Shown in pieces: positions 37,273-47,404 of a stretch of DNA of 64,000 nucleotides (positions are counted from its first letter, which is position 1; every line of letters starts with the position of its first letter). The notes under the pieces are model-generated. The model was not told the origin of the DNA and searched no databases. It saw only the letters and a program-made list of their open reading frames with translations. The DNA is from a virus (Duplodnaviria; Caudoviricetes), in IMG/VR virus record IMGVR_UViG_3300025437_000009. The stretch is one strand, 5' to 3'. Position numbers and translations under genes: made by a program.

Positions 37273-37460
37273 TCTTTTACCTGTTGTATAATTGATTGTG
37301 CTATTGTATTGGCTTTGTCGTCTTGAATCGAGTATTGATGTAACCGATCTGCATCATAACGGATACTTTGACTTAATTCGCATTCTCCAACTTCGGCTTC
37401 GACTAAACGAGCAATGTCATGCAGTTGAATTACTGCATCAACTAGTTTAAGATTTCTCAT
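37269..37460 (-). CDS. hypothetical protein
   Basis: ORF track; coupled to neighbours. Confidence 0.6.
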   Translation of the reverse strand: MRNLKLVDAVIQLHDIARLVEAEVGECELSQSIRYDADRLHQYSIQDDKANTIAQSIIQQVKE

Positions 37461-37597
37461 ACTAGTTCTTCGGCAATACCCAATAACTCTGCACCGGCTA
37501 ATAGGCCAGCTGCCATTTGGAAATCACAGTATGCTAAAAAATAACAAGCGGCAATACGTACTAGACTTTTAATAAGACTAACTTTGAGATGGTTCAT
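37457..37597 (-). CDS. 46-aa hydrophobic protein (not in ORF track)
   Basis: MNHLKVSLIKSLVRIAA...LLGIAEELV; ATGA overlaps on both sides. Confidence 0.65.
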   Translation of the reverse strand: MNHLKVSLIKSLVRIAACYFLAYCDFQMAAGLLAGAELLGIAEELV

Positions 37598-37797
37598 TTT
37601 GTACCTTTGAAAAATTTAATAATATTATTGAAACGTGTTTTGAATGTTGTTGATGATATCGTTGCTGGCACATGCGGACAACGTCCTTGGCGCCAAGTAC
37701 AGGAGTCTGTAATGACCTGGCGACAAATACTGCATTTTGGTGGTTGTTTGATTTTTCCTACTGCTTGAGTAGCTGTACGACTCTGTCCTGTTCCCAT
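37594..37797 (-). CDS. small Cys-containing protein
   Basis: CSIC...C..RQGRCPH. Confidence 0.5.
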   Translation of the reverse strand: MGTGQSRTATQAVGKIKQPPKCSICRQVITDSCTWRQGRCPHVPATISSTTFKTRFNNIIKFFKGTK

Positions 37798-37979
37798 TGT
37801 TCTTCCCCAGTGAATGTTGGCAAACGATTATATTCATCTTCTAGCCAACATTTTAACATATATAATTCTTGTTTACAAGAAGAACTGGTAAAACCGTCAT
37901 TGTATGGGGATTTTATTTCTGCCAAACTTTTCATTATGGCAAATTTGGCAGGATGTAGATTGGGTTTTTCAAATCCCAT
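37758..37979 (-). CDS. hypothetical protein
   Basis: Likely start MGFEKPNL, right after the groES stop. Confidence 0.55.
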   Translation of the reverse strand: MGFEKPNLHPAKFAIMKSLAEIKSPYNDGFTSSSCKQELYMLKCWLEDEYNRLPTFTGEEQWEQDRVVQLLKQ

Positions 37980-37980
37980 A

Positions 37981-38355
37981 TTACCAGCGGTCTTTGGAAT
38001 CGATTTGGGTAGCGTCCGAAACAGTATCATCGCCTGCGGGCTCAACATCAGATACTAGTAGGATATCATTTGGGTCAATACGGCGTAGTGTAAGTTCACC
38101 GGTATCGTCCTCAACTTTGACACCGCGTGTCCAACGACCGTGTGCTACTAGGATCCATTGTCCAACTTGGACATCTTGTTGATCTGGACCAACAGAATAT
38201 ACGTTAGCCCAACGTGGACGGATACCAGCACCACGTCCATCATCGTTTAACAAATAGATACCACTACTTAGTTTACGTTCTTTAAAATTCATGTCTCGTA
38301 CCAGCACATGATCGTTTAGTGCCCGTATAGTTTTGATTTTAATTGAGTCAAGCAT
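37981..38355 (-). CDS. groES: GroES-like co-chaperonin
   Basis: IRALNDHVLV, SSGIYL, V.SVGP...V.VG..IL pattern. Confidence 0.8.
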   Translation of the reverse strand: MLDSIKIKTIRALNDHVLVRDMNFKERKLSSGIYLLNDDGRGAGIRPRWANVYSVGPDQQDVQVGQWILVAHGRWTRGVKVEDDTGELTLRRIDPNDILLVSDVEPAGDDTVSDATQIDSKDRW

Positions 38356-38356
38356 G

Positions 38357-38800
38357 TTAGATTCTTCCTGGACCGTTTGATTTCTTTTGTTCTTTTGGTG
38401 AAGGCATAGGTTCTTGAGTAACTGTAGTGGGTTTAGCCACTGAACTTGCTAGACTACCACGTGCAGCAGGCGTAGCTGGTTCGGTGTCTGTTGCTGTTGG
38501 TGTAACTGGAACTGTTAAATTATTGGATAACTCTGCTAATTTTTGAGCATTACTAGCTTCAATTAAGGCCTGGCGGCGTGCTGTGTTTTCTGGGCTGTTT
38601 GGACTATAACCAGCGTCTGGAACAGAGTAAAGTTGATCCATAATAGCGTTACGGCCTGTAACAACTTGTTTACCTGAACCTAACAAATCGCCTCTAGCAT
38701 TTACTCGCATGTTTCCCACAGCTACCGCGGCTTCGTTGGTCAATTTGACCTTGTCCATATCAATGGCTTTGCCCCGGGCGGTTTTGTATATCTTTGTCAT
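38357..38800 (-). CDS. hypothetical protein
   Basis: ORF track; GGAG SD. Confidence 0.7.
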   Translation of the reverse strand: MTKIYKTARGKAIDMDKVKLTNEAAVAVGNMRVNARGDLLGSGKQVVTGRNAIMDQLYSVPDAGYSPNSPENTARRQALIEASNAQKLAELSNNLTVPVTPTATDTEPATPAARGSLASSVAKPTTVTQEPMPSPKEQKKSNGPGRI

Positions 38801-38812
38801 TTACTTCTCCTG

Positions 38813-39337
38813 TTATTTTAAAAATTCTTCAATTGGAAGATCGTAGTACAATGAATTAATTTTATGTACGCCTAACAAGTATAATACATAACTTGCAACA
38901 CTTGATCCACGGCCTAATCCCCATACTACATTATTTAATCTCATTGTATCTACAAAATATTTTAAATATTTCAAAAGATTAAACAGATCTCGTTCTTGAT
39001 ACAATAGTAGCTCTTTACCAACTCTTTGTAATTCCTCTTCAGTTTTGCACTGATCCAAAATATATTGGGCAATATCTAAAGTTTTGTATTCCTCGGGCAT
39101 GTACCAATCAGCCTGCTGTGCTTGATCAAATAATTCAAGGGATATTTCTTCTTTAGCATCTAAAGGAAGATATTTCTTTAATTTTGGTAAATCAGAAAAC
39201 ATTTTGCCGTGGCTAGCATTATATTCTTCTGGATCATCTACATAAAATAAATTTAGATCCAAGTTGGGATTTTTATACAGTAGGTCGCACAGTTCATCAG
39301 TGTTGCAATGAGCTTGTCCGTATTTGTCGTAATTCAT
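38813..39337 (-). CDS. stand-alone DnaE (Pol III alpha) fragment
   Basis: WGLGRGSSVASYVLYLLGVHKI...EEFL; ends before the catalytic PDxD motif. Confidence 0.75.
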   Translation of the reverse strand: MNYDKYGQAHCNTDELCDLLYKNPNLDLNLFYVDDPEEYNASHGKMFSDLPKLKKYLPLDAKEEISLELFDQAQQADWYMPEEYKTLDIAQYILDQCKTEEELQRVGKELLLYQERDLFNLLKYLKYFVDTMRLNNVVWGLGRGSSVASYVLYLLGVHKINSLYYDLPIEEFLK

Positions 39338-39585
39338 TGAATGTCAATAATGTTCTTAAAGTTCTTAGAATTTTTTTCTATGGTCTGTTGCATGTCCGCC
39401 ATGGCCTTTTGATTACGATTGCTGATTTCTTCCTGATAATCTTGCAATAACATTTGTATTTGACCAACAACGTCTGATCGTCCAAACCGATGAGCTGCAT
39501 TTAACTGCGAGACCAATTTACCATAATTGGTATTGAGTTCGTCTTGTGTTAGTTTAGTTAAGTCTGGCGCTAAAGGATGTCCCAT
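39334..39585 (-). CDS. hypothetical coiled-coil protein
   Basis: ORF track; GGAG SD. Confidence 0.65.
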   Translation of the reverse strand: MGHPLAPDLTKLTQDELNTNYGKLVSQLNAAHRFGRSDVVGQIQMLLQDYQEEISNRNQKAMADMQQTIEKNSKNFKNIIDIQ

Positions 39586-39599
39586 ACATTCTCCAAAAT

Positions 39600-39643
39600 A
39601 AAACTCCTTACATAATTATATAGCAATTTGTGTAAGGAGTCAA
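39600..39643 (-). terminator. hairpin terminator overlapping a sigma70-like promoter
   Basis: ACTCCTTACA/TGTAAGGAGT inverted repeat then T-rich tract; TTGACT and TATAAT-like boxes inside. Confidence 0.55.
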
Positions 39644-39661
39644 TGAGTTTATGGTTTATTA

Positions 39662-40915
39662 TTACCAAGTGGCTATATTTGCCCGTTTCCAATTATTTGG
39701 TCCTAAACAAATATAGATATAATTAGCATCATATGAAATTTGTCCAGTTACACCGCCGGCTGTATGGCTAGATGGCACATAGGTGTTTGCAGTGATTACG
39801 TTGCTGAAAAACTTAACACTTTGGTCATTTTCAATACCAATTGCTTGATTAATTTTATTGGCGCTTTGACCACCGTCATCGGCAGTAAAGAATGCAATGT
39901 TACCGCCCAATCCATAGGCTACATTAGAACCTGTAGCAAAAAAATCAATACTTGCTACCTGTTGGAATACATTACCAGTTCCTGCAGAACCTGTGTAGGC
40001 CAGGCCATTTACATATCCTAGTAAATCACCGGAATGAACTGGTTGTATATAACTAGGAGTAATCAAATTACCACGTGCACCTGTTACAGAGTAACCACCA
40101 ATACTGCCTGTGTCAAACTGTGTATAGGCCACGTTGGCCAATTGAATATTACCAACAGCAACAGAGTTAAAACTACCTAGTGAGCTAACGCTGTCTTGTC
40201 CTTGCTCCAAAGCCATTGCTGTTTGGAATCCTGTACCATAGTTGATCATTAGAGTTGAATTGACTTGATCGTTGTAGTACAGTTTGGGATCACGAAGACT
40301 TGCACGATTACGTGTAACGTCAAAGATTAAATAGTCAGCACCACTATTGATTGAACTTATATCAAAAATGTAATTTCCTGGCGCATCAAAAGTAATTTGT
40401 TGTGTTGCAACATTGTAGCCAGCAATATCAGCAACCGCAATGTCAACGTTTGATGGTAGAGTAATAGTATGGGTTACATTGGTTACAACAATCCACACAC
40501 GCATGACACCGTAACCAACTGCTCCAGTACCTACAGTGGTTGGCCAGTTAATAAAATTTAGTGTAACAGGTCCAGCAGTTGTGATCTTTTGAAAGTTTGC
40601 ACCAGTATTAGATGCAGTACTACCAAAGTCTAAGGTTGCAGTACCATTTACTGCTCCTAAATCCAAATAGCTTTGAGTCCAAGCACTTAACTGTGGACGA
40701 CGGATCTGTGTACCCGCCATATCGTTATTCAAAGTTTGACCGTTAAGCGCAGTAGTTACCAGAGCTTTAGTCTGCAGATCTGAGATTTCATTTTCTGCTG
40801 CTATAAAGTTGTTTTGTATGTTAGTAAAGTTATCACGAAAACCCTGACTGGAATTGTCTTGGCCTGCAATCGGGAATGTTCCGTCTACTGAGTATGGGTT
40901 AATATTTGATGCCAT
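39662..40915 (-). CDS. virion structural protein (tail/baseplate-associated)
   Basis: Beta-rich; N-terminal PIAGQDN..QGFR.NF domain shared with the next gene. Confidence 0.6.
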   Translation of the reverse strand: MASNINPYSVDGTFPIAGQDNSSQGFRDNFTNIQNNFIAAENEISDLQTKALVTTALNGQTLNNDMAGTQIRRPQLSAWTQSYLDLGAVNGTATLDFGSTASNTGANFQKITTAGPVTLNFINWPTTVGTGAVGYGVMRVWIVVTNVTHTITLPSNVDIAVADIAGYNVATQQITFDAPGNYIFDISSINSGADYLIFDVTRNRASLRDPKLYYNDQVNSTLMINYGTGFQTAMALEQGQDSVSSLGSFNSVAVGNIQLANVAYTQFDTGSIGGYSVTGARGNLITPSYIQPVHSGDLLGYVNGLAYTGSAGTGNVFQQVASIDFFATGSNVAYGLGGNIAFFTADDGGQSANKINQAIGIENDQSVKFFSNVITANTYVPSSHTAGGVTGQISYDANYIYICLGPNNWKRANIATW

Positions 40916-40926
40916 TTTTTATCCTG

Positions 40927-41256
40927 TTAACTTATTACCACATTGCCCCAGCGACCTAGGTGTGAAGTATATGCTTGTACGTTGCCGTAGGTAGTATTAT
41001 AAACTAACATACCATTGCCTGGTGATGCAATAGATGATACCTGAGACTGTGTTAGACTAGCTAACTGCACGACAGTTGCAAATACTCCAGTTTGAAGAGT
41101 TGCAACATTGGCCTGAAGGGCTGTGATTTCCGAAGCAGCCTGTGTTAGATTATTTTTTATGTTAGTAAAATTTGTTCTAAAACCCTGTGTGTCATTATCC
41201 TGACCTGCGATTGGGTAGGTAATATCAATGTTTGTTGGATTGATCAGCGATGTCAT
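40927..41256 (-). CDS. small virion protein sharing the N-terminal domain of 39662-40915
   Basis: YPIAGQDNDTQGFRTNFTNIKNN. Confidence 0.6.
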   Translation of the reverse strand: MTSLINPTNIDITYPIAGQDNDTQGFRTNFTNIKNNLTQAASEITALQANVATLQTGVFATVVQLASLTQSQVSSIASPGNGMLVYNTTYGNVQAYTSHLGRWGNVVIS

Positions 41257-44200
41257 TAATTAAATACTCCATATTGTGGGAATTTAACATATTTATCCTC
41301 TGTTCCTGGAGCATAGTAAGTATCTCTATTACTAAAGAATTTAGTAGTGCCGCCATTAAACGTAGTTTTAGCAGATCTTGCAACACTAGAATACTGTAGT
41401 TTATAAACAGTATACGCAGGAACAGTTTGTCCAATAACCAATATTGAATTATAGTATAAAATAGCACTTGCATAGGTACCACCAAACAGCACACGAACAC
41501 GCTGATTGGGTTGTATTTCTTGAACAAAAACTAAATTTATAATATCATTAATAATATCAACTCGCCACACTCCACCTCGTTCATTGACTGCACTAGTACC
41601 CTGAGCCTTTTCTAAATATCCTGGTATAACGGTATATTCATCGAATCCTTCACCATCAAAACCTGCATTGTGTCCAGTGTTTATATTTCCTCCACTGTAG
41701 GCGTCAATATAATTTACCCAACCGTCATATGGGCCACCGTTAATAAAATTTTCTTGTTGTACAAATATCAGAGTATCACCAGACTGGAAATTAGTAATTC
41801 CATCTAAACCGCCATTGGCAATGACATATTCAACAGAACGGCCATTGATTTGATCAAATGGTACTCCGAATATACCGTAGTCAACAGTGGCAGTTATGGT
41901 TCCAATATTTTGATTTGGTAGTGCATCAAATGTAGTTTCTCTACCTAAGATATATCTGTCAGTTGCAGTATCGAAGTTAGTGGTGTAGAAATCATCTAAC
42001 AAGTATCGGTCAACGGTAAATTCAATATTATTAAAATTAATACCAGCGTTACGTAGTCTATAAGCAATCAAATTACTTGCACCTGGATTAGTATAGGCCA
42101 AGACCACTGCTCGAGTATAACCCAGTGGATTGTTAAATGTATTTGCAGTTGATCCAAGTTGGTTACTGGTCATCCATTCTGGTAAACTACTTTGATCATA
42201 ATATCCCACACCTTCAGCTAATCGATCGATCATATTTTGGCTACTGTTGGGGTAAACAATCTTAAAGGTATTACCGGCAGCGTCAACGTAAGGATTAGCA
42301 ATAGTATTAGTTAAATTAATTTCTAGTGCTGGACCATTGCCAGCACTATTCAATTCAGGATCAATGACATCAATGTAGATAACTTCATACTTTACCTGAT
42401 AGTTTTCATCTAGGACCACGGCTGTTTTTATGTCACCAAAATTATAAGTTTTAGTCCAATGATTTTCTACGATTGCGTTAGCATAGGTAGCTAAATCACT
42501 AGGTTTTAATCCTGGTAAGAACAACATGTCAATGCTTTGTTGTATACCAAACCATGGATCTTCAGGTCTGTAAATTAAGCTAGGAACAAAAATTTCTGTA
42601 TTTGATACCACACTATTGAATATTTGTCTTTGATCAAAAGCTGGCATTGCACGTAGATATAAATTGTCGTAGGGTTCTATATCAACAACATCCAGTGTAA
42701 CTTTAAATTCTTTAGTGGAGCTAACAGAACCGTCAGTAGCAGCAACCTGCACAGTAAAATTGTACACACGGTCAATGGTTAATGTATTGTTGTCAAATGT
42801 TGTTGCATAGTCGTCAACACTAAATGCTTCAAAACTTACACGACCTGAAATATCACCGCTAGGCAATAATTCTAATCCCTGTGGTAATCTAATAGGAACA
42901 TAGGCTTTGTCTAATAGTGTGTAGACTAATTCTTTTCCAGCAACGCTAACCGCCTCTACAGCTAATTCGCTTACACTACCATTGACAATAGTACCAAGAT
43001 CACTTGGAGTTATCCAGTTAATTATATTATTAACATCTCCAAGAACGGGTAGGGTGACAAAGTCTGGTGTGCTATAATATGTTTGTCCGTTAACAGTTTT
43101 GCTAACTAACACCCCAAATTGATAGGTTTTATATGCTTCAGTCTGAGTAGACAATTGACCATATATCCAACCTGTGCTAGAATCTAAAGCTAGTCCGGGC
43201 AAGTTTGAAATGGCCACGTTTGCGCTGTTATAACTGTCAAAGCCAACACCACCACGATTTTGATCAATCGGAGTTAAATCTTCAGTCGGGGATCCGTTGG
43301 TACCAGTACCGCCATAATCAAAACCGTTGTCGTAGCCTACAACCTGTGTATCAAAAGTTCCTATACTGTTAAACACTGAATAGGTAAGTGTGGCATTTTG
43401 AAAATCGTAACCATCAAATTTAAACGCATAGTAACTACCAGCACGTCCTGTTGGTAATGTACTGACGTTGGCATTAAGTATTACTGGCAGATAAACGTTA
43501 CCACTGTCAGCAGTTAGATAAGAATTATCAACTGTAGTTTGACTATTGTCTGCACTAAAACTATTACGAGCGGTTACGTTAAGAATGTAATTTTGTAAAT
43601 TATAGTTAACGCCGTCAAACGCTCGAATAGTAAAATTGTAACTAGCAGATTGATTTACCTCAGTGAAATCATATGGTGCTAGGCTGTTGTAATCATATTC
43701 TTGTAACTCAGTACCGGATGCTATGTATTGACTAGCTGTTCCAGTACCAGTACCGGCGCCTGTGGCTGTAAAGATTGTACCTAGATTATTATTTGTCGCA
43801 CCAATTAGAGTAAAATCTGTTGTTCCTACAGTTTGTATCTGATAGTTTATTCCAGTAACAAATTTACCAGCAGGTATCACTATGTTGTATAGAGCTACTG
43901 TACCAGTGCCGGTTCCAGCACCTGTGGCATAAAAAATTTGACCCACTTTATTAATACTTGCACCTACCAAAGTAAAATCTGTAGATCCAAGACTGGTAAT
44001 TTGATATACTACATTGGCAGTTAATGCACCAGCAGTGATAACGCTGACCTGTGCTGAACCATCATAGCCAGCTGGCCCAAATTGCCCAACCAATTGATTT
44101 GGCTGTATGTATCCACTGAGTAAACCTGTAGAACTTAGGGTAATTCCTGGAGGTAAAGATCCAACGTTTGACCAAGTTATACTTACGTTAGGATTTAGTT

Positions 44201-44894
44201 CGTTAACCACTAACTGTTGTTGATAGTAACTTCCATCAAAGAAACTGCCAAGATAACTATTCTTAGGTTGGATGGTTGGTCCATATACGTTTGTGATTGT
44301 TAGACTAAATGCACGATCGCGAACATGTCCTAGGCTGTTTGTAGCACGAATGGTAAATCGAAATGTTTCGGATGTATCAACTGCAATGGAATTTAATAGC
44401 GTCGGAACACCCTGTAGGTATCCTTTGCTAACAACCTGCATACCAGGTGGCAGTTGTCCAGAAATAAAACTAAAGGAAGTTGTGACATTAGCAGAAGTTT
44501 CTGTGACTTCTAGTGGCAATTGATAAAATTCGCCGTTGGGTACTGTTCCTAAAGTTCCGGCCGGAGTCACCCATGCAAAGTCACTATTGACATTGTTGGT
44601 AATAATTATTGAAAATTGTTGATCGGCCGGAGTAGCTCCTGCGGCACTGGTTGCACGCACAACAAAAGTATATGTTTGTGTGGTAAAATATGTATTAGTG
44701 GTTGTTGGAGTTCCGCCGAGTCTACCTTGACTAGATAGTGTTAACCCAGTAGGTAATGATCCGCCGATAACCTGGTAGGTTATAGTGTCACTGGAGTTAT
44801 CTGGGTTATAGGCCAGCAACGCTTCGGTAAACGCGAATCCAACGAATAAATTTGCAAGATTACCCGGTGGAGTTACCCAACTTAATTGTGCCAT
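41256..44894 (-). CDS. large baseplate/tail protein with Ig-like repeats
   Basis: Repeated W.TP.G.LG and LP.GL.L...G...G.P Ig-like units; two GTTDFTLIGA...ATGAGTGTGT repeats. Confidence 0.7.
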   Translation of the reverse strand: MAQLSWVTPPGNLANLFVGFAFTEALLAYNPDNSSDTITYQVIGGSLPTGLTLSSQGRLGGTPTTTNTYFTTQTYTFVVRATSAAGATPADQQFSIIITNNVNSDFAWVTPAGTLGTVPNGEFYQLPLEVTETSANVTTSFSFISGQLPPGMQVVSKGYLQGVPTLLNSIAVDTSETFRFTIRATNSLGHVRDRAFSLTITNVYGPTIQPKNSYLGSFFDGSYYQQQLVVNELNPNVSITWSNVGSLPPGITLSSTGLLSGYIQPNQLVGQFGPAGYDGSAQVSVITAGALTANVVYQITSLGSTDFTLVGASINKVGQIFYATGAGTGTGTVALYNIVIPAGKFVTGINYQIQTVGTTDFTLIGATNNNLGTIFTATGAGTGTGTASQYIASGTELQEYDYNSLAPYDFTEVNQSASYNFTIRAFDGVNYNLQNYILNVTARNSFSADNSQTTVDNSYLTADSGNVYLPVILNANVSTLPTGRAGSYYAFKFDGYDFQNATLTYSVFNSIGTFDTQVVGYDNGFDYGGTGTNGSPTEDLTPIDQNRGGVGFDSYNSANVAISNLPGLALDSSTGWIYGQLSTQTEAYKTYQFGVLVSKTVNGQTYYSTPDFVTLPVLGDVNNIINWITPSDLGTIVNGSVSELAVEAVSVAGKELVYTLLDKAYVPIRLPQGLELLPSGDISGRVSFEAFSVDDYATTFDNNTLTIDRVYNFTVQVAATDGSVSSTKEFKVTLDVVDIEPYDNLYLRAMPAFDQRQIFNSVVSNTEIFVPSLIYRPEDPWFGIQQSIDMLFLPGLKPSDLATYANAIVENHWTKTYNFGDIKTAVVLDENYQVKYEVIYIDVIDPELNSAGNGPALEINLTNTIANPYVDAAGNTFKIVYPNSSQNMIDRLAEGVGYYDQSSLPEWMTSNQLGSTANTFNNPLGYTRAVVLAYTNPGASNLIAYRLRNAGINFNNIEFTVDRYLLDDFYTTNFDTATDRYILGRETTFDALPNQNIGTITATVDYGIFGVPFDQINGRSVEYVIANGGLDGITNFQSGDTLIFVQQENFINGGPYDGWVNYIDAYSGGNINTGHNAGFDGEGFDEYTVIPGYLEKAQGTSAVNERGGVWRVDIINDIINLVFVQEIQPNQRVRVLFGGTYASAILYYNSILVIGQTVPAYTVYKLQYSSVARSAKTTFNGGTTKFFSNRDTYYAPGTEDKYVKFPQYGVFN

Positions 44895-44895
44895 G

Positions 44896-47328
44896 TTATA
44901 GTATTACCGCTTCAATAGTTTTTAGACCATCTGTTAAATCTGTTTCAAGTGCTTTAGCAAACACCGCTGGTCCATAAGTACGATCATTACCTACGCTAGC
45001 AGCATATCCTGGAGCAGTTGATGTAACCAGTAAATCGCCTTTAGTAACTGGTCCAATAACTTGACATGGAACACGTCCGCGTAAAGCCAATGGTAAACCA
45101 CCGTTAGCACCATTCATTAAGTATGCAGGATTTGTAGATATTGCACCAGCTACACGTGTATCGGCAAATGTTGTGGTTACAGTAATTTCTTTGTTGCCGC
45201 CAAATACCACAACAGTACCCGGTGCATATTCTTCGTCACCTAAATAGTTTTCTGCCAAGTCCGCATATTGTGCGTGAACTGCTGTACCATAAATGCTGTT
45301 AAACCAACTTGTACTAGAACCAATATTTTGTGTTACATTTCCAGCTGGGGTAATATTACCAACAGTAATATTTGCTAGAGTCAATGGAGTTGTAGTTGAT
45401 GCGCCACGACCTGTTACTGTAGCTAGGTTACTTGTGGTATTAACTGTAACAGTCTGCCCACTTGCTGTAGTACTGATGTCAGTACCACCAGCTATAGCCA
45501 AAGATTGTGTTAGTAATGCAACACTACCAGTACCCGATGTTCCCGATATACCTAATGATGTAGCAACAGCAACATTAGAAGCACTAAGGATACGACCTTT
45601 ACTGTCAGTAGTAAATGTAGCGATAGATGAGGCATTACCATAAGTTCCAGCAGTAACCCCGGTTGTAACTAAGTTTAATCCAACTGTTCCGCCATTGGGA
45701 ACGTTGGCTGAAATTTCTGTTGTGTTGGCAATACTAGTTGAAACATAAGCAGTTCCATTTGCAAATCTGTAGTTATTGGTATAAACAGATGCCACTGCTA
45801 AGTTGGCTGATGCGCTAACACCTGTAATATTTGGTTGATTGGCAGTTAATATAGTACCCTGTAGATTGGCATTGACCTGGCTGACTGTTAAGTTACCAGC
45901 TGTAATGTTACCAGTAGCATTTAACGTATTAACTGTAACAACACCGGGGGTAGAAATATTACCAGCTGAGATATTTCCTGAACTAGAAATACCACTGTTA
46001 ATTTCCATGCCAGCAGCAATGATATTAGCTGAAGTATAGATATTACCTGTAGTGGTAATGCCAGTATTAATTACTGTACCAGCCGTGACTACAAACGAAG
46101 CATTAACGTTGCCTTGAGTAACGATACCTGAAGTATTAGTGATATAACCAGTACTGTTTAAATTGCCTGCAATGTTTGCACCACCTGAAGTAACGATCAG
46201 TGGAGCACCAGTTACACCGGATCCACTGATAAACACAGCCGCAGCACCAACAGATGTTGAAACCTGTAGTTGATTTAGTGTACCAACTGAAGTAATATTT
46301 GGTTGAGCCGCAGTTTGAACAGTTCCGTATAGAGGACCGACTAAAGCACCTGCGGTTACGTTACCGGCAATACCTGCTCCACCGTAGGATAAGATCAGTG
46401 CACCAGTTGATGTACTTGTACTTACAGTACCGTTGGTAATAATTACCGGAACGTTGAATACGTTACCACCACCGTAGATATTTGAAGCACCTGGAGTATT
46501 AGTTGTTAAGACCTGATAACCACCAGTGTATATTGTTCCTGATACTACAGCATTACCACCAGTATATAAGTCACCTGCAATACCTGTACCACCAGCAACA
46601 GTTAATGCACCAGTTGAAGGACTAGTTGCAGGAGTGGTATTGCTTAAGAAAGCACTACCAAACTGCACATTACCATAAACACCACCAGCAACAATATTGT
46701 TGCCTTTGGTAGCATCGATCGGAGTTATTTTATAGATAAAGTTATTAGTTGTGTATTGGTGACCAAAGAATGTGTAGGTATTGCTGGTATAATCGTTGGT
46801 AATATTTCCAAAAATACCAACGTCTTGTGTATCACCGCCTGGATTAATGTTAGCGTGAATTTCGAATAGTCCAGCTGATGTTGAACTAGTAACCTGTGTA
46901 GTACTAACAGTGGTTTGAACATACAAATTAGCGAAAGGAAATGCTTGGCTACCAAGATTATATACACCACCCACAGTAGGAATAATGCTACCAGCAATGT
47001 ATAAATTGCCATTTAGATTGGTGGTGCCATTGCTGTATAATCCTGTGGCCGCAATCACGTTACCGGCGGTTGAGTTGCCTGTAAAGTTAGATACTGTACC
47101 TGTTGCATTAGCAACAAATAAATTAGCAATATTAGCAAAATTAAGGTTAGTATTGATGCTGACATTGGCGTTTAACCAATCTTGATTGGGGTTTCCTAAC
47201 TGTGTTGAAATGTTAGCAAAATTGCTGTCAACTTTGATAAAAGCAGTACGAATAACGTCGCCTGTGCCATCGTTGGGATTTGTACCAACACCAACCGGGT
47301 TATATTCTGAATTGTTCCAAAATGCCAT
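44896..47328 (-). CDS. tail fiber/baseplate protein
   Basis: N-terminal NDGTGD..R.AF.K (T4 gp9/gp10-like), G/N/T-rich beta repeats, C-terminal YADLAENY...GRVPC domain. Confidence 0.7.
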   Translation of the reverse strand: MAFWNNSEYNPVGVGTNPNDGTGDVIRTAFIKVDSNFANISTQLGNPNQDWLNANVSINTNLNFANIANLFVANATGTVSNFTGNSTAGNVIAATGLYSNGTTNLNGNLYIAGSIIPTVGGVYNLGSQAFPFANLYVQTTVSTTQVTSSTSAGLFEIHANINPGGDTQDVGIFGNITNDYTSNTYTFFGHQYTTNNFIYKITPIDATKGNNIVAGGVYGNVQFGSAFLSNTTPATSPSTGALTVAGGTGIAGDLYTGGNAVVSGTIYTGGYQVLTTNTPGASNIYGGGNVFNVPVIITNGTVSTSTSTGALILSYGGAGIAGNVTAGALVGPLYGTVQTAAQPNITSVGTLNQLQVSTSVGAAAVFISGSGVTGAPLIVTSGGANIAGNLNSTGYITNTSGIVTQGNVNASFVVTAGTVINTGITTTGNIYTSANIIAAGMEINSGISSSGNISAGNISTPGVVTVNTLNATGNITAGNLTVSQVNANLQGTILTANQPNITGVSASANLAVASVYTNNYRFANGTAYVSTSIANTTEISANVPNGGTVGLNLVTTGVTAGTYGNASSIATFTTDSKGRILSASNVAVATSLGISGTSGTGSVALLTQSLAIAGGTDISTTASGQTVTVNTTSNLATVTGRGASTTTPLTLANITVGNITPAGNVTQNIGSSTSWFNSIYGTAVHAQYADLAENYLGDEEYAPGTVVVFGGNKEITVTTTFADTRVAGAISTNPAYLMNGANGGLPLALRGRVPCQVIGPVTKGDLLVTSTAPGYAASVGNDRTYGPAVFAKALETDLTDGLKTIEAVIL

Positions 47329-47336
47329 AGCTTAAT

Positions 47337-47372
47337 AATCCTATATATACGTTATTTATCGTATATAGGATC
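47337..47372 (-). promoter_or_regulatory. late promoter inside an SD-sequestering hairpin
   Basis: ATCCTATATACG/CGTATATATAGGAT stem with TAAATA (47353-47358) in the loop and AGGA in the 3' arm. Confidence 0.65.
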
Positions 47373-47404
47373 TAGCCGGCTTTGTCGGGAATTAAGTGGG
47401 TATA

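Noticed and set aside
47337-47372. N4-type hairpin promoter for a virion RNA polymerase
   Set aside because: The loop is 8 nt and contains the ordinary late box; SD sequestration explains it more simply.
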